Shown here: piece after piece, positions 25,573-38,786 of the stretch
Layout of the letters: every line of letters begins with the position of its first letter
Position numbering within the stretch: the stretch's first letter is position 1
Assembly (NCBI GenBank): GCA_964016885.1
Contig: OZ024743.1
Location: forward strand, 43,896,001-43,960,000
DNA: 64,000 bases
From: Eledone cirrhosa
Taxonomy: Eukaryota
Direction of reading: 5' to 3'
The notes under the pieces: generated by a model
What the model was told of the DNA's origin: nothing
Databases searched by the model: none
Seen by the model: the letters and a program-made list of their open reading frames with translations, nothing else
Translations under genes and position numbers: made by a program

Positions 25573-25682
25573 ACTTTTCTATATTAAATATTTATACTCT
25601 GCATTGTATTGAGTAGCTCATGTGGTTACCCCCGATTGAACCCGGGATAAACATATATATATATCATATTCATTATATATAC

Positions 25683-26460
25683 GACCAGCAGTACCTTGCG
25701 TTGCCTCGGTAGGTAAAATAATGTCTGCTTTGATGAAAAGGTGTTGATCTTAGCGACTGGTTCTCGATGACTCATCTATGGCCACACTCAGGCTATGCGG
25801 GGGGGGGGGTGATGACATCTATCACTGAGAAACGCAGATGACTGACGAAGAGGCATGCTGGGGGCGGGACTTTCGAATTTGAACGAAATCGGGTGAAAAA
25901 TGTCCGAGCTAGAGCTGAAAAGGCGGAAATTTGAGCGAAAAGGTGGTATTTTCGAATATTTAAGCGGCTGCCACGCCGTTCCTGAACAAAATATCCCAAA
26001 AGTAAAGCCACTTTAAGACGTGAAATAATCAGTTCTAGTAGGTTGATTAATGCGGGAGCGAGAGCCGAAAAAGTGGAAATTTGAGTCTAAAAGTGATATT
26101 TTTGAATATTTAAGCGGCTGCCACGCCGTCCCTGAACAACAAATGCAAAATATAAAGCCATTACATGATGTGCAATGATAAATACTATTTTGCGTTAAAA
26201 TTTGAACGAAATCGGTGGCAAAATGTGGGAGCTAGTGCCAAACATCTTATTTTTCGATACCTAAAAAAATGTGACCCACCATATCGATTTTTATGTGCAG
26301 AATGGCCCCAGAATAAAACAACGATAGGCTGATATATAGAAAACACTCCACGATGACTAATCTATTAGCCTGTAAAGTTTCATGAAAATCGGTCGTAAAA
26401 TGTAGGCCCCTATAGTTAATACACAGACACACACATACTTAATTTTATATATATACAGAT
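25683..26460 (-). mobile_element. Non-autonomous Helitron-like element with an internal tandem duplication of about 150 bp
   Basis: Minus strand begins ATCTGTATATATATAAAA..(GT)n..CCGATTTTCATGAAACTT and ends CCGAGGCAACGCAAGGTACTGCTGGT (decayed hairpin plus CTRG-like end). 25911-26010 repeats at 26061-26160. Confidence 0.65.
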
Positions 26461-26486
26461 ATATATATAATATTTATATATATTGT

Positions 26487-26600
26487 GTTCAAATCCTACC
26501 GAGGTTAACTTTGCCATTCATCCTTACGGGGTCGATTAAATAAAGTACGAGTAATGCACTGGGAATTCGATGGGCTTGTGCCAAAAGTAGAAACATTATA
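26487..26600 (+). mobile_element. SINE fragment
   Basis: GTTCAAATCC plus the SINE core and tail. Confidence 0.85.
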
Positions 26601-26688
26601 TATATTATATGTATTATATATATATATATGTATTATATAATGAATATGTATATATATATACATATGAATATATATACATATGAATATA

Positions 26689-26720
<32 letters not shown>

Positions 26721-26745
26721 CATATATATATACATATATATATAT

Positions 26746-26804
<59 letters not shown>

Positions 26805-26835
26805 TAGATATATACACATATTTATGTATATATAT

Positions 26836-26875
<40 letters not shown>

Positions 26876-26876
26876 T

Positions 26877-26937
<61 letters not shown>

Positions 26938-26983
26938 GTATATATATATTTTTATCAATCGTCCTTTTATCCTTTCTATATAC

Positions 26984-27030
<47 letters not shown>
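26600..27030. repeat. Compound (TA)n/(GA)n microsatellite
   Basis: Direct reading. Confidence 0.95.
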
Positions 27031-27031
<1 letters not shown>

Positions 27032-27198
27032 AACAAAGAAAGTGTGGTAAGGAACCGGGTGGACCATATCGGATCATAGTGCTCGATACTTAGGGTAGTA
27101 GAGTGGGTAATAGGGAAAGATTCATAACCCCAGCGGCTGAGCTGCAGCCGTTTAGACACCTAAATCCGAAACTCAGCCGTCCGGGTTCTGATTCTTTT

Positions 27199-27202
<4 letters not shown>
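27032..27202. mobile_element. Family C copy with a short terminal inversion
   Basis: Matches 22684-22800. About 27171-27202 is inverted relative to about 27109-27142. (TA)n flanks. Confidence 0.7.
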
Positions 27203-27251
<49 letters not shown>

Positions 27252-28162
27252 GAGGGTTTCCAGTCATTTACGGCTAGGAAATTTCACGTATACCAATGGT
27301 CAGTCCGAAGTGTTAAGTGCAGGCACGTAAACAAAAATCAATCGAGCACTAATGAATGTGAAATCAGTTAACTGCGGAGCGAAATCTTTAGCCACACACC
27401 ATTATCGGATCCTTCTTTATTACATATATATATATATAGCACACTATTTTCAACTGACTCGTGTGTTGAAGAAAAATCTACAGTTGTAAGCTCTATTTCC
27501 ATGACACCGATCTCTTGGTTAGTTCTACACGTTGTTTAATTACATTCGTACGCAACTATAAGTGCGACGGAGCATTCTTTTCTCCTGACAAGAAAGAGTA
27601 TATTTTATAGGAAGTACGGTGAAATATATGGATAAAAGTTATATAGGAAAACCATTTCAATAGAACCAGACTTAAAGAACTGAACTTTGGAATAAAGTAA
27701 AACAAACCGAAACAGTTTACAACTTTACCTTATATTTCTTGATATTTGGAGGTTACGATCCTTTGTTTCAAAGGAAAATAAAACGGTAACATGTTGGAGG
27801 CGAGTTGTTTTACATATCATTCTATAAAATTAATGAATGTATCCTTGTTTGGCTTTAAATACAATTACTGAACGGTGAGATATATTTCATAAGGGAATAT
27901 TTAATTTGATTAACCTACCAGTTTGAATACAGATATTGGAATGGATCAGGTTTCTATGATTGGGCGATCATATTTTAAGCACACACAACCACACATACAC
28001 ACACAACTATATATATATAGTTAGAGAAGCAAAAAATTGCTTATTGTGATCCAGATTTTGGTTAAGAAAGCCAGTTTCATGGATGGTTTAAATGTACGGT
28101 TAGGGGTAACTCAACAAGTTTGTAAGAATTAAGTTCAATCTTGGAGTATAAAGTATAAAACA

Positions 28163-28496
<334 letters not shown>

Positions 28497-30841
28497 ATGA
28501 TATAGAGGGGGAAATAGAGAAGGGGAAAGTGAATGAGTGAATAGATGGAATTGTTAGAATTCCAGACGAAATAAACTGCGTTATGTATTCCGATTGCTTG
28601 CGTACTGAGTTATCGGTGAATAATGATAAATCTTTGTTCAGTTTCACAACAGCCACTGTCGATGGTGTATATTTAGCGAAATTAACTCTGCAGCAGCCAG
28701 TTTAGTTCCTCACAACTAACACGGTAGCCTGGAAAACTCAAAATTTGATAGCACTGCCTTTCCTATCGTCGCCAAACTGACGAAAAGCGGAATTTGTTTC
28801 GGTGAAGAATGTAAACTAATTTCTAATGTTTTCTTTGTATTTGAAACCCAACATCCAGATAACATCTGAATGTGTCTGGGGAGATATAATCTTGATTCAA
28901 CTTGCTTAAGTTCTCATCTATGACTTTTTTTCATTTTTCACACTCTTTCATGTTCCTTGATCAATTATTATCATTTACTTTGATGTTGTTTAATATGCTT
29001 CAAATTAATTTATCACTCAGTCGGAAGTTTGTTTGAAGATGTGGTATTTGAAATTCGTATACATATTCTTCACTGTATATTGCACATACAGAGGAGTGAG
29101 CTACAGTTGTCATCAGTAACGCCTCACTGTATTTGCCATGTACAGATGAGTAAACGACTACAAGATATTTCTTATTTGTCACTCGATCGAACCTGGATAA
29201 GAAAGATATTCTACCACTAGAATATGCAGCTGTAAAATGAAACAAAGAAATATTATAGTTCTGTGAACAAGTAAACAGTACCATGTTACAAATATTGCTA
29301 GATTATCTCCAGTTAAATTGACAACAGCTTCTCTTTGATCTGCAAATATAAAATAAGAATCGAAATAATCGAATGCTGTTGATCGTAGTTCAGCTATGCA
29401 AGCGCACGGATATCACCAGAAAGCTGCAACTATTACACGTCCAACGTTTTTTTAATTTATGGGTTTTTCTCTATGTTCTAAACGTGTTAAACGGAAAATA
29501 AAATAAAGACAAAATATTCAGTTAACAATTTATTAAAAGGTAAAGCAGAAGCATGGTGACATCGTAGAAGTGGAAAGCATGAAAATTGACAAAACATGAA
29601 TGACGATATTTCACACATAGAACAGCTCTTTTATTTTATTTTTTATTACTGCGACATGGTGAATTGACTATATTGTGAATACCTGATTAACTATCGACCC
29701 CCGGGTGTTTTTTCACGTCAAATAATTTCCTTCACTATCAAATGTGAGGTGTGCATATATGAAATGTCTTTCTTAACACATTCACACCAACATCTTAGAA
29801 CATCATGATGCAATAGATTGGATACTTTAAAAAAATTAAGTGTTTCTGTAGCCTGCAGCTGTTGAAATGCACTAAGCATTGTGAAACGATGTAATTAATG
29901 TTAATTCTACATTATGTTGTTTTCTAAAACCATCACCACGTTGCAGTACATGCATACTTCTCTTCAACTGTTTTAATGGTGTCAGACATAGTGTTCCGGT
30001 CATGCTGGAACACCGTCTTCATTCAATTGATCACGACGATCCAAGTGTGTACTTTTTTTTCAGGTCAAGTACTCAATTTATCAATTTGATTTTGTTGAAC
30101 CACTAATGTTACAGGTGACAGCAAGCAGTAATTCTTTTAACTAGACATTGATATTATACACTTAAAATGGGATAAAAATTCCACTAATTGATTTTCATAT
30201 TTTCCACAAGAACAGTTGAGGATTTCTGTCGCATTTTCTGCGACAGAAATGGTGTAGCCATTGAAAAAATAAATGTAAAGTGAATATAATAAGGTATTCT
30301 ATGCTTTTAGCATGATTAAAATTATTATCTCTCCGATGTAATTTCGCAAATGCGTAATTCCAACTCCTTCATGCAAGAAGAAAGTATGAGAAGATATCAA
30401 TTACACCAAAGCAATTTGGCTGCAATACAAACATATGACAATATTTCAAATACTCATTATATATTTATCATTATATTATTCGCTAGTGTATGTGTTAGAT
30501 AGCTCGCTTGTTGAGGTAATAATATTATGTTCATGCTTTGAATGTGGTCTAATTGGAACAATCAGTAGCGTGTCGGGTTAACTGGCTGACTATTTGCCTT
30601 TTCTGACGGCAATATCAGTTCAAATGACATCCATACTTTAAAAGTTATCAAAGAAAGTAACGATATATGAGTTGTATCGCCTTCTTCTGTCAGTGGATGA
30701 TAATGAATATCGGCTTCTTCTGTAACCTGGAGATAATGTACATATGTTCATATGTACATGCAAAAACACAGACATACACACACAAACAAACAAACACACA
30801 CACAACCTCACAACCAAACAAACAAACACACACATATGCGC

Positions 30842-30880
<39 letters not shown>

Positions 30881-31039
30881 AGTATGTATGTATCAGCCGT
30901 ACTAAGAGTGATAAATGAAATTTCGTTTCATTCTTTTCCATATATATATATATAAAATAAGTAAGTAAAAACACGTTAAATTTGGCTTCGTTTATTATAA
31001 ATTCTCTGCTATATGTATTTCAGTGTGCTTTTACTGACG

Positions 31040-31615
31040 ATCCCCAGGTCCGACCTGGAGGGGTCTGTTAGTCTAACCAGCAGGTCGGACTCAAAGTTGG
31101 GCTTGTGATCTTTAAGGGTAATCCTCGACTCCATTGGTTGGTATGGGGCCGTCCTATCATCTATGCCGAGTCCCGATACTATCCTGTAAGCATTGGCGTT
31201 GATTTCCTCCAGGGTAGCTCCAGGTATTCTTGTGTAGCACTTCCTGAAATTGCCTGAGAATTATCTTATTATACAGTTCCGTGTCCATGCTGTAGAGGTT
31301 GTTGGTCTTATCAGCATGGACGAGTATTTCGATCGTCTCCTTAAACTTGGCTACCCGTTTCCCAGGTGTCTAATCTACTCCCGACCCCTGGGTGGATGGC
31401 CGGAGAATTCTCCAACTCCTCCTTTAGCCTGTTGTGGGGAGCGTTCATCCTTCATCGAAAAGGTACTCCATGTTTTGGGTGTTGGTAATTTTGGGCGTTC
31501 CTTTTTAAAAGTGGAAGGCCCTCCATCGCATCCTACGGACGAGGGACTCAGTACTCTTGATGAGATCACTGGTGTACTCTCGTTTGCCTGGTAAAGGGAT
31601 ATCCTTCAGTGACGC
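31040..31615 (-). pseudogene. Penelope-like (Naiad-type) ORF N-terminal fragment
   Basis: Manual translation SLKDIPLPGKREYTSDLIKSTESLVRRMRWRAFH, and later ILVHADKTNNLYSMD (DKT variant of the PLE DKG motif). Frameshifted. Confidence 0.8.
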
Positions 31616-31794
31616 CAAGCGCTCAACACGTGGTGGAGCAAGATAAATTTGAGTATGTGTTGGTTGTTGTAAACAACACATTATTAAAATTTATATATAT
31701 ATTCATATATATATACATATATATATATAGTGGTAGAACACTGGAAGGTAATATCCGTAGTGGTAGACAACTCAGTCCATGGGCCGAGTTAGGT

Positions 31795-33106
31795 AGAGGT
31801 GGTTACACAACAGTTAGTGCACCATACCGAGAACAATTGTTTCACCTTAGCGGATCCTCAGCTCGGAATGGGCATGGTTTTAGGAACAGGAAGGAGAACC
31901 GTACGAACGCGCATGCGCAGTAACCCGGTCACTTCACACAGGCAATACTAGACTGCGTGCGAGAGGTGTAAGGGAGATAACTGCGAAAGTCCGAAAAGTT
32001 TTTATGTTGAAAATAAAATTCCAAAGAATCAGTCCGGAGCCTTGTCGTCATGCAATAGGTCTTTGGCGACAGGTGGACAACGTGTGAAAAATGTATTTCT
32101 CGTGTTTAGGCAATCACTATTGCGTAATTTCTTTAGAATAGTTATTCGTTCGTCAATAATAAGCCACACGTCGGATTTCCCCTTGCGTATGGCTTGGACT
32201 TAGTGATGGCTTTCCATGGTATGGAGTAGTCTATACTTGAGTCCTTGAGGGACCTTACGTGGCTCGCGAGTTTCGTGGATGAACGTCTGTCCAGGTACCT
32301 GAAGGTTGACTGGTGGTTCAGCAAACGTTCCTTAAATCGGCCCTCCGCCATGCCCACACAGTATTTGACCACCTGTGGTTCGTTTGGTCGGTTGGAAGTG
32401 ACCACAGCTTCATAAATTACAGCTGGTGTGTTGCATTGTTGTTGAAGGGGGCAAGCTTCAGGCTTAACGCAAAAGCACCCTGGTGGGGTGTTGCTCCTAG
32501 GGCTGCTGTTGATGTGGGCCTTCATGTTCGTAGCGCTATGTGGGCATGGCGGAGCGCCGATTTAAGGAACGTTTTAAGGAACATTTCCTGAACCACCAGT
32601 CAACCTTAAGATACCCGGACAGATGTTCATCCACGAAACTCGCGAGCCACGTATGGTCCCTCAAGGACGCAAGTATAGACTACTACATACAATGGAAAGC
32701 CATCACTAAGTCCAAGCCGTACGCAAGGGGAAATCCGACGTGTGGCTTATGTATTGACGAACGAATAACTATTCTAAAGAGATTACGCAATCGTGCCTAA
32801 ACACGAGAAATGAATTTTTCACACGTTGTCCACCTGTCGCCAAACACCTACTGCATAACTACAAGGCTCCGGACTGATTCTTTGTAATTTTATTTTCAAC
32901 CAAAATCCTTTCGGACTTTCGCAGTTATCTCCCTTACACATCTCGGAAGCAGTTTAGTATTGCCTGTGTGAAGTGACCGGGATTCTGCGCATGCGCGTTC
33001 GGACGGATGTCCTTCCTGTTCCTATAACCATGCTCATTCCGAGCTTAGGATCCACTAAGGTGAAACAATTGTTCTCGGTATGGTGAACTAACTGTTGTGT
33101 AACCAC

Positions 33107-33110
<4 letters not shown>
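31795..33110. mobile_element. Penelope-like (Naiad-type) 3' region as an inverted pseudo-LTR pair, including GIY-YIG endonuclease
   Basis: About 31795-32355 is the reverse complement of about 32540-33110. ORFs 32142-32525 (-) and 32540-32800 (+) show CFC..CPL..C..VIY..YCVG..FKER..H..STKLASHVW.LK..C.LC. Confidence 0.9.
31827..31866 (-). ncRNA. Minimal type I hammerhead ribozyme in the pLTR
   Basis: CCGAG-CTGAGGA-tCCgctaaGGt-GAAAC-AATT-GTT-CTCGG: 5-bp stem I and palindromic stem III loop. The inverted copy at 33039-33078 (+) has a mutated core, CTTAGGA. Confidence 0.8.
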
Positions 33111-33138
<28 letters not shown>

Positions 33139-33142
<4 letters not shown>

Positions 33143-34045
33143 GTAAGTATGCATGTATACGTACATACATATATGTATACAGACGTACAGTAGCATGCAC
33201 ATATATATATATATATACATATACATATACATATGCATACAGGTACACATACATATATGCACGTATCAGTTTAGCGGCGCTAACGTCGCTTTGTTCGTTT
33301 GTAAACAAACTGAACAGCCTGAATTTATGCCATACGGTGTTAAGGCAACCACGTCACCTTTTTGTTCAACACTGACACAGGAACGATGTACTAGTTTCAA
33401 GCTTGTTAGCTATCATCAGCACCGTTTACCCATCTGCCAGATAGTTGAACGTTCGAAAGTATATACTTTCCTTATGAAAATTATACATATATATATGTAC
33501 GTATACATGCATACTTACATTTAAGTAAGTGCCATACTAAGAGTGAGAAATGAAATTTCGTTTTCATTTTGTTTCAATTTATCGTTTTCGGTATGCCTGA
33601 CCGATTTAACTCACTCAATATGCAAATTAGGCTGCTCAGCCGTTAATTTTCATAAGGAAAGTATATACTTTCGAACGTTCAACTAACTGGCAGATGGGTA
33701 AACGGTGCTGATGATAGCTAACAAGCTTGAAACTAGTACATCGTTCCTGTGTCAGTGTTGAACAAAAAGGTGACGTGGTTGCCTTAACACCGTATGGCAT
33801 AAATTCAGGCTGTTCAGTTTGTTTACAAACGAACAAAGCGACGTTAGCGCCGCTAAACTGATACGTGCATATATGTATGTGTACCTGTATGCATATGTAT
33901 ATGTATATGTATATATATATATATATGTGCATGCTACTGTACGTCTGTATACATATATGTATGTACGTATACATGCATACTTACATTTAAGTAAGTGCCA
34001 TACTAAGAGTGAGAAATGAAATTTCGTTTTCATTTTGTTTCAATT
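33139..34045. mobile_element. Family A fold-back element with about 345-bp near-identical inverted arms plus a direct terminal repeat
   Basis: 33139-33482 versus about 33645-33990 inverted (the ORF track gives near-identical peptides on opposite strands). About 33497-33580 repeats at 33963-34045. Confidence 0.85.
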
Positions 34046-34181
34046 TATATATATAAATATATATATATAAAGAATTAGTATATCTACTAACATATATATA
34101 CAGATGCATACCTATGCTAGCAAATGTATAGGTTTTGTCTTAGTAACTTTGTGGTTCAATGCAAGGGGATGCAGAACAATA

Positions 34182-34298
34182 ATATGAAAGACGTAAAATA
34201 AGAAAATTATAAAAATTAACTTACTTACTAAGTAAGTAAGTTAATTTTAGTAAGTAAGTTAATTTTTATAATTTTCTTATTTTACGTCTTTCATATAT
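34182..34298. repeat. AT-rich inverted repeat with arms of about 48 bp
   Basis: ATATGAAAGACGTAAAATAAGAAAATTATAAAAATTAACTTACTTACTA and its reverse complement. Confidence 0.9.
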
Positions 34299-34474
34299 AT
34301 ATATATATATATAGGAAATAAGTCGGAACCCCAACGGCTAACTCTGGACGGCTTGAGCTCTGCCGTCCCGTCGAGGTTCTGACTTGTTTCACATTACCCA
34401 CTCTACTACCCAAAGTATCGAGTACTCCGGCGCGTTATGGATGGTCCACCTGCTTCCTTACCACACCTCCTGCG

Positions 34475-34526
<52 letters not shown>

Positions 34527-34556
34527 TGTGTGTGTGTGTGTGTATATGTGTGTGAT

Positions 34557-34810
34557 TAAAGTCACCTTCTGGTAACGTAAGAACAAGGCATTTGGACCTA
34601 GAAAGTTCCGCACAGATGCGTAAATCTAGGCAAGTTTGTGTGTGGAAGACCGGTTGTCGCCTATGTATACCAGTCTCCCCTCTGTTGACCAAGGGAAAAG
34701 CAAAGGCCAATACAAGTTGGCACCAATAATGGCGCAATTCATTTCTATCGTGTAAACTTGATCAAGCTGAAATAATGTGTCTTGCTGAATGACACAACAC
34801 ATTGTCCGAT
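34557..34810 (-). mobile_element. Possible second SINE family, degenerate
   Basis: Minus strand has GCAAGACACATT, typical of post-tRNA SINE central domains, and ends at a (CA)n tract. Single copy in this window. Confidence 0.35.
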
Positions 34811-34851
34811 TTAAGCCAGATTATAAATTCAATGCTCCATGTCATTCGCTT

Positions 34852-34926
<75 letters not shown>

Positions 34927-34941
34927 AAAATAATAGATTAA

Positions 34942-34992
34942 AGTTTAAGCAAAGAATCGCTGCTTTCACCCTTAACGAGTTCTTCTGAAACT
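34942..34992 (-). ncRNA. Hammerhead-like motif with CAGAAGA core (family B)
   Basis: AGTTT-CAGAAGA-ACTC gttaa GGGT-GAAA-GCA gcgattctt TGC-TT-AAACT. All three stems can form. Confidence 0.55.
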
Positions 34993-35314
34993 CAAAAAAA
35001 AATGTGTGAACACAGAAGTACAAATTTCGAAAAACGTTGCAACCGAAGGAAGACAGGAAGACGATTAATACGTCATTATTTGGAGCGGTGAAAACAATTA
35101 CACACAAAGACAAAACCACATTTATGGTATAAATGAAGTCGTAGACTAATATTCTATTAGGTGTTTCGTGTAGACGTTCCCTGGCAATGAACGGAAAAAG
35201 CGAAGATAATACGTCATTATGTGGATCAAGGAGAATAATTACGCACAAAGACATAACCATGTTTATGGTATAACTGAAGTCGTAGACTAAAATATATATA
35301 TATATATATATATC

Positions 35315-35690
35315 TTCTTCGTCTTCTACTTCGCGCGCTTATTCATGAGCGCGTCGTGGGGGCAGAATCCTCAAACGCGCCCTCCAGTGAGTCTTGTCAG
35401 AAGAAACCGTCTCCAACTGATCCGACTGGATCCTCAAGTTTGACCAGCCAAGCTGATGGATGATATCCGACCATCTACCTGGCCTGCCCCGGGGGTCTCT
35501 TGTCGGTTGGTTTTGCCCGTAAATTATATCCAGCAACTTTTTCCTGAGATATTCTAACCACATGCCATGAGTATCAGAGCTGTGATCTCTCAATCTGGAG
35601 AAGTAGCGGCTCTAGGTGGAGTGATTCTCTGATCTCCAAGCTACGCACTTTATCGAGTAACCTTACTCTAAACTTCGGAGAAATTCCATT
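35315..35690 (-). mobile_element. RTE-clade LINE 3' end
   Basis: LLDKVRSLEIRESLHLEPLLLQIERSQL and PRGRPGRWSD. (GAA)-like tail beside (TA)n. Confidence 0.8.
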
Positions 35691-36149
35691 TCGTGATCGT
35701 ATTCTTCTAGGCATTAGAGAATATCCATGACCATAGCACGAAAACAGAATTAAAGGTAGCACATTTGGATGTTACGCCTACCCACATTCTTCTGATTACT
35801 GAATGCTATATTTCATTCGGTGATGGCCCGTAATATATGTATTATTTTTGTCACAGACCATTCGGGATAATATCCATGTCGCGGGCCCTCTCCGAATAAA
35901 TTTATTTTCATATATATTTTCTGTTTGTGTTTGCCGTAATTCCTTTATTAATCAACTAATTATGCAATCTGAACCTGATGAGGTCGCATGGATCTTACGT
36001 AACTAGGATCTTACGTAACACGGCCATTGAAATATAAATATTGCTTTTCCAACAATAACATTTTAAAGAATATCACCTGTCCGCCCTTCTGTTATTTAAA
36101 TCAAACTAATATTTAACTCAATGTCTCCACCACCAAGAGGAGTCAATGT

Positions 36150-36635
36150 CAAAGATGGACGAGTTGCCAAAGAGATCAGAAATGGAATTGACTCAAAGTG
36201 TCGATTGTATGATGAACATTTTGAGGCCATTGCTCACCTGGTTTCAGGCTGCAATAATGTAAAACTTGGCATGATAGAATAAGGCAATACTGGGTAATGT
36301 GCAAGTTTACGGCTCGGATGGGCGGAAAATGGTACAACCATCACCCAGAGACAGTAACAGGAGTCGAGAAGTGACAATCCTCTGGGATTTCTATGTGAAT
36401 ACAGACAGTAGAATCAATGCTAATAGACCTGATATAATTATGAAGGATTTAAGGGAAAACATGTTCCTTAATTCACATTAGCATTCCAACAGCTGGTAAA
36501 ATCTCGAAAGAGTTCTGAAAGTTCAGTAAGTATTAAGACCTATGAGTTAACATTTAAAAAAAATGTGGCCTCTTAAGGTCTGTACACAAACATTGATAAT
36601 CGGCGCACTCGGAATGATAAAAAGGGTACTAAAAA
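36150..36635 (+). mobile_element. Degenerate RLE LINE C-terminal fragment
   Basis: HLVSGC, EVTILWDFYVNTD..INANRPDII and IIGALGMIK; parallels 1321-1815. Confidence 0.8.
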
Positions 36636-36642
36636 TTAAATG

Positions 36643-36818
36643 TTTCTACTTTTGGTATAAAGCCAGTAATTATCTCAGTGTATTACTGGTAGTTTATTTT
36701 ATTGACGCCGTAAGGATGAAGGCAACGTAAACCTCGGCGGGATTTTAACTCTGAACATAAAGGGCCGTAACTCTTTGCTTCAAAACATGGTGGCTGACCC
36801 TCTACCGATACTGCCAAT
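36643..36818 (-). mobile_element. SINE copy
   Basis: Reverse complement of the 24222-24420 family. Confidence 0.88.
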
Positions 36819-37550
36819 ACAGAAAATAATGCTGACTGGCCATGTCCCTGTTCCGAGAGGGCTTTATCAATTTTAAATCGTTACAAAGACATTTACTTAT
36901 GTTTCTTCCCTTATGACATCATCTGCGTGATAATTGACTGTAAAATGTGTGTATTACGAAATTGTACCTCAGGTATCAGGTTGACACTCGGCAAGGATTA
37001 TGTAAGAAGCAGAATTCAATGGAAGTCTAAAACAAATAACAATGATAATCCGCATCATATCCAGTACTGCAAATAAAAGAAGACATATTATGTAGATAAG
37101 CCTAACACTATTACTTCCATCACTTATTAGGAAATGTAAGTGATACAGTATAATTACTATAAAGTTTGATTCATAACTAATAAGTCTAATATTAGAAAGA
37201 AGAAAGCAACAAGGACGAATTGGAAGAGCAAATAAGTTGCCATAATATACTAAGTACATTCATATTTACTATAGTAAAAATAATAGCAATCCCTATGTAA
37301 GCATGTAGAAAACATTTCAGATTTTCTCTTTAAGATTGGTAGATAAGATTGAATAATTCAGATGTATTCGGAGATACAAATTACATCAATGTTTTTTAGG
37401 TATATATTCCTGGGCTACACTAAGTACATTGTAATTAAGTGAGTACTCAGTATTAGCACCTTTCAATTCCCTGATCTAAAGGGCCTAAAAAGTAGAACTT
37501 TTTTAATTTCTTCTTCTTAAAGTGGTGAAGATGCATGTAGTGTATACACC

Positions 37551-38030
<480 letters not shown>

Positions 38031-38291
38031 ATGTGGGGGTGCGGGTATGTACTTTATAAATAAAAATAAAGAGGTGTTTAAGAACATTTAATTACTAACG
38101 ATCGTTTCATCCAATCACAAGGCGGTGCCCATCGGAGTATAAATCAAAAGTTAAAACACAGATAAACTTGTCAAAGAGCATTCATTGATACCACATATAG
38201 TAAGAAAGCAAAAATAATAGACATTGACATTGGTATACGGGATGAAAGTAAGCAGCAAATGAAAAACATGATCATATAAATATAAATAAGT

Positions 38292-38476
38292 ATAATTGTT
38301 TCTGCTTTTGGCACAAAGCCAGCAATTACTCAGTGCATTACTGTATTTAATTTTATCGGCCCCGTAAGAATGAAAGACACAGTTAACCTCGGCGGGATTT
38401 GAACTCAGAATGGCAAGGGCGCAACTCTATGCGTCAAAGCATGGTTTCCAAGCCTCTACCGATACTCCCAATCCAC
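38292..38476 (-). mobile_element. SINE copy
   Basis: Reverse complement of the SINE consensus (GGATTTGAACTC B-box). Confidence 0.88.
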
Positions 38477-38739
38477 TGCATTATATAAGCATTAAGAACT
38501 TATAGAGAATAAATGCTGCTATAAGGAATTTAAGCTTAATGCAAGACATATAATATAATAATGAATTTAAATACGACATAAGCATTTTATACGTCTATAA
38601 AAGCAAGTACATGGATCAAATATTAATTTAAGAATGCAAAGACACACTTTCAAGGTATTATTATTTTTTATTTCTTCCCATATGCGGTATCCCTAGAATT
38701 TTCTTAGACATGTTTATCTGTGTTTTAACTATTGATTTA

Positions 38740-38786
38740 TACTCCGATGAATCCGGCTATTCTCTTGGATGAAACTTTCGTTAGTA
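38740..38786 (+). ncRNA. Minimal hammerhead-like motif with CCGATGA core
   Basis: TACT-CCGATGA-ATCC..GGAT-GAAAC-tttc-GTT-AGTA. The partner at 38093-38139 (-) keeps a palindromic GATC loop but has core CCGATGG. Confidence 0.55.

Noticed and set aside
28555-28710. Short open frame PDEINCVMYSDCLRTE... after a possible acceptor
   Set aside because: No recognisable homology, and no donor before the stop.
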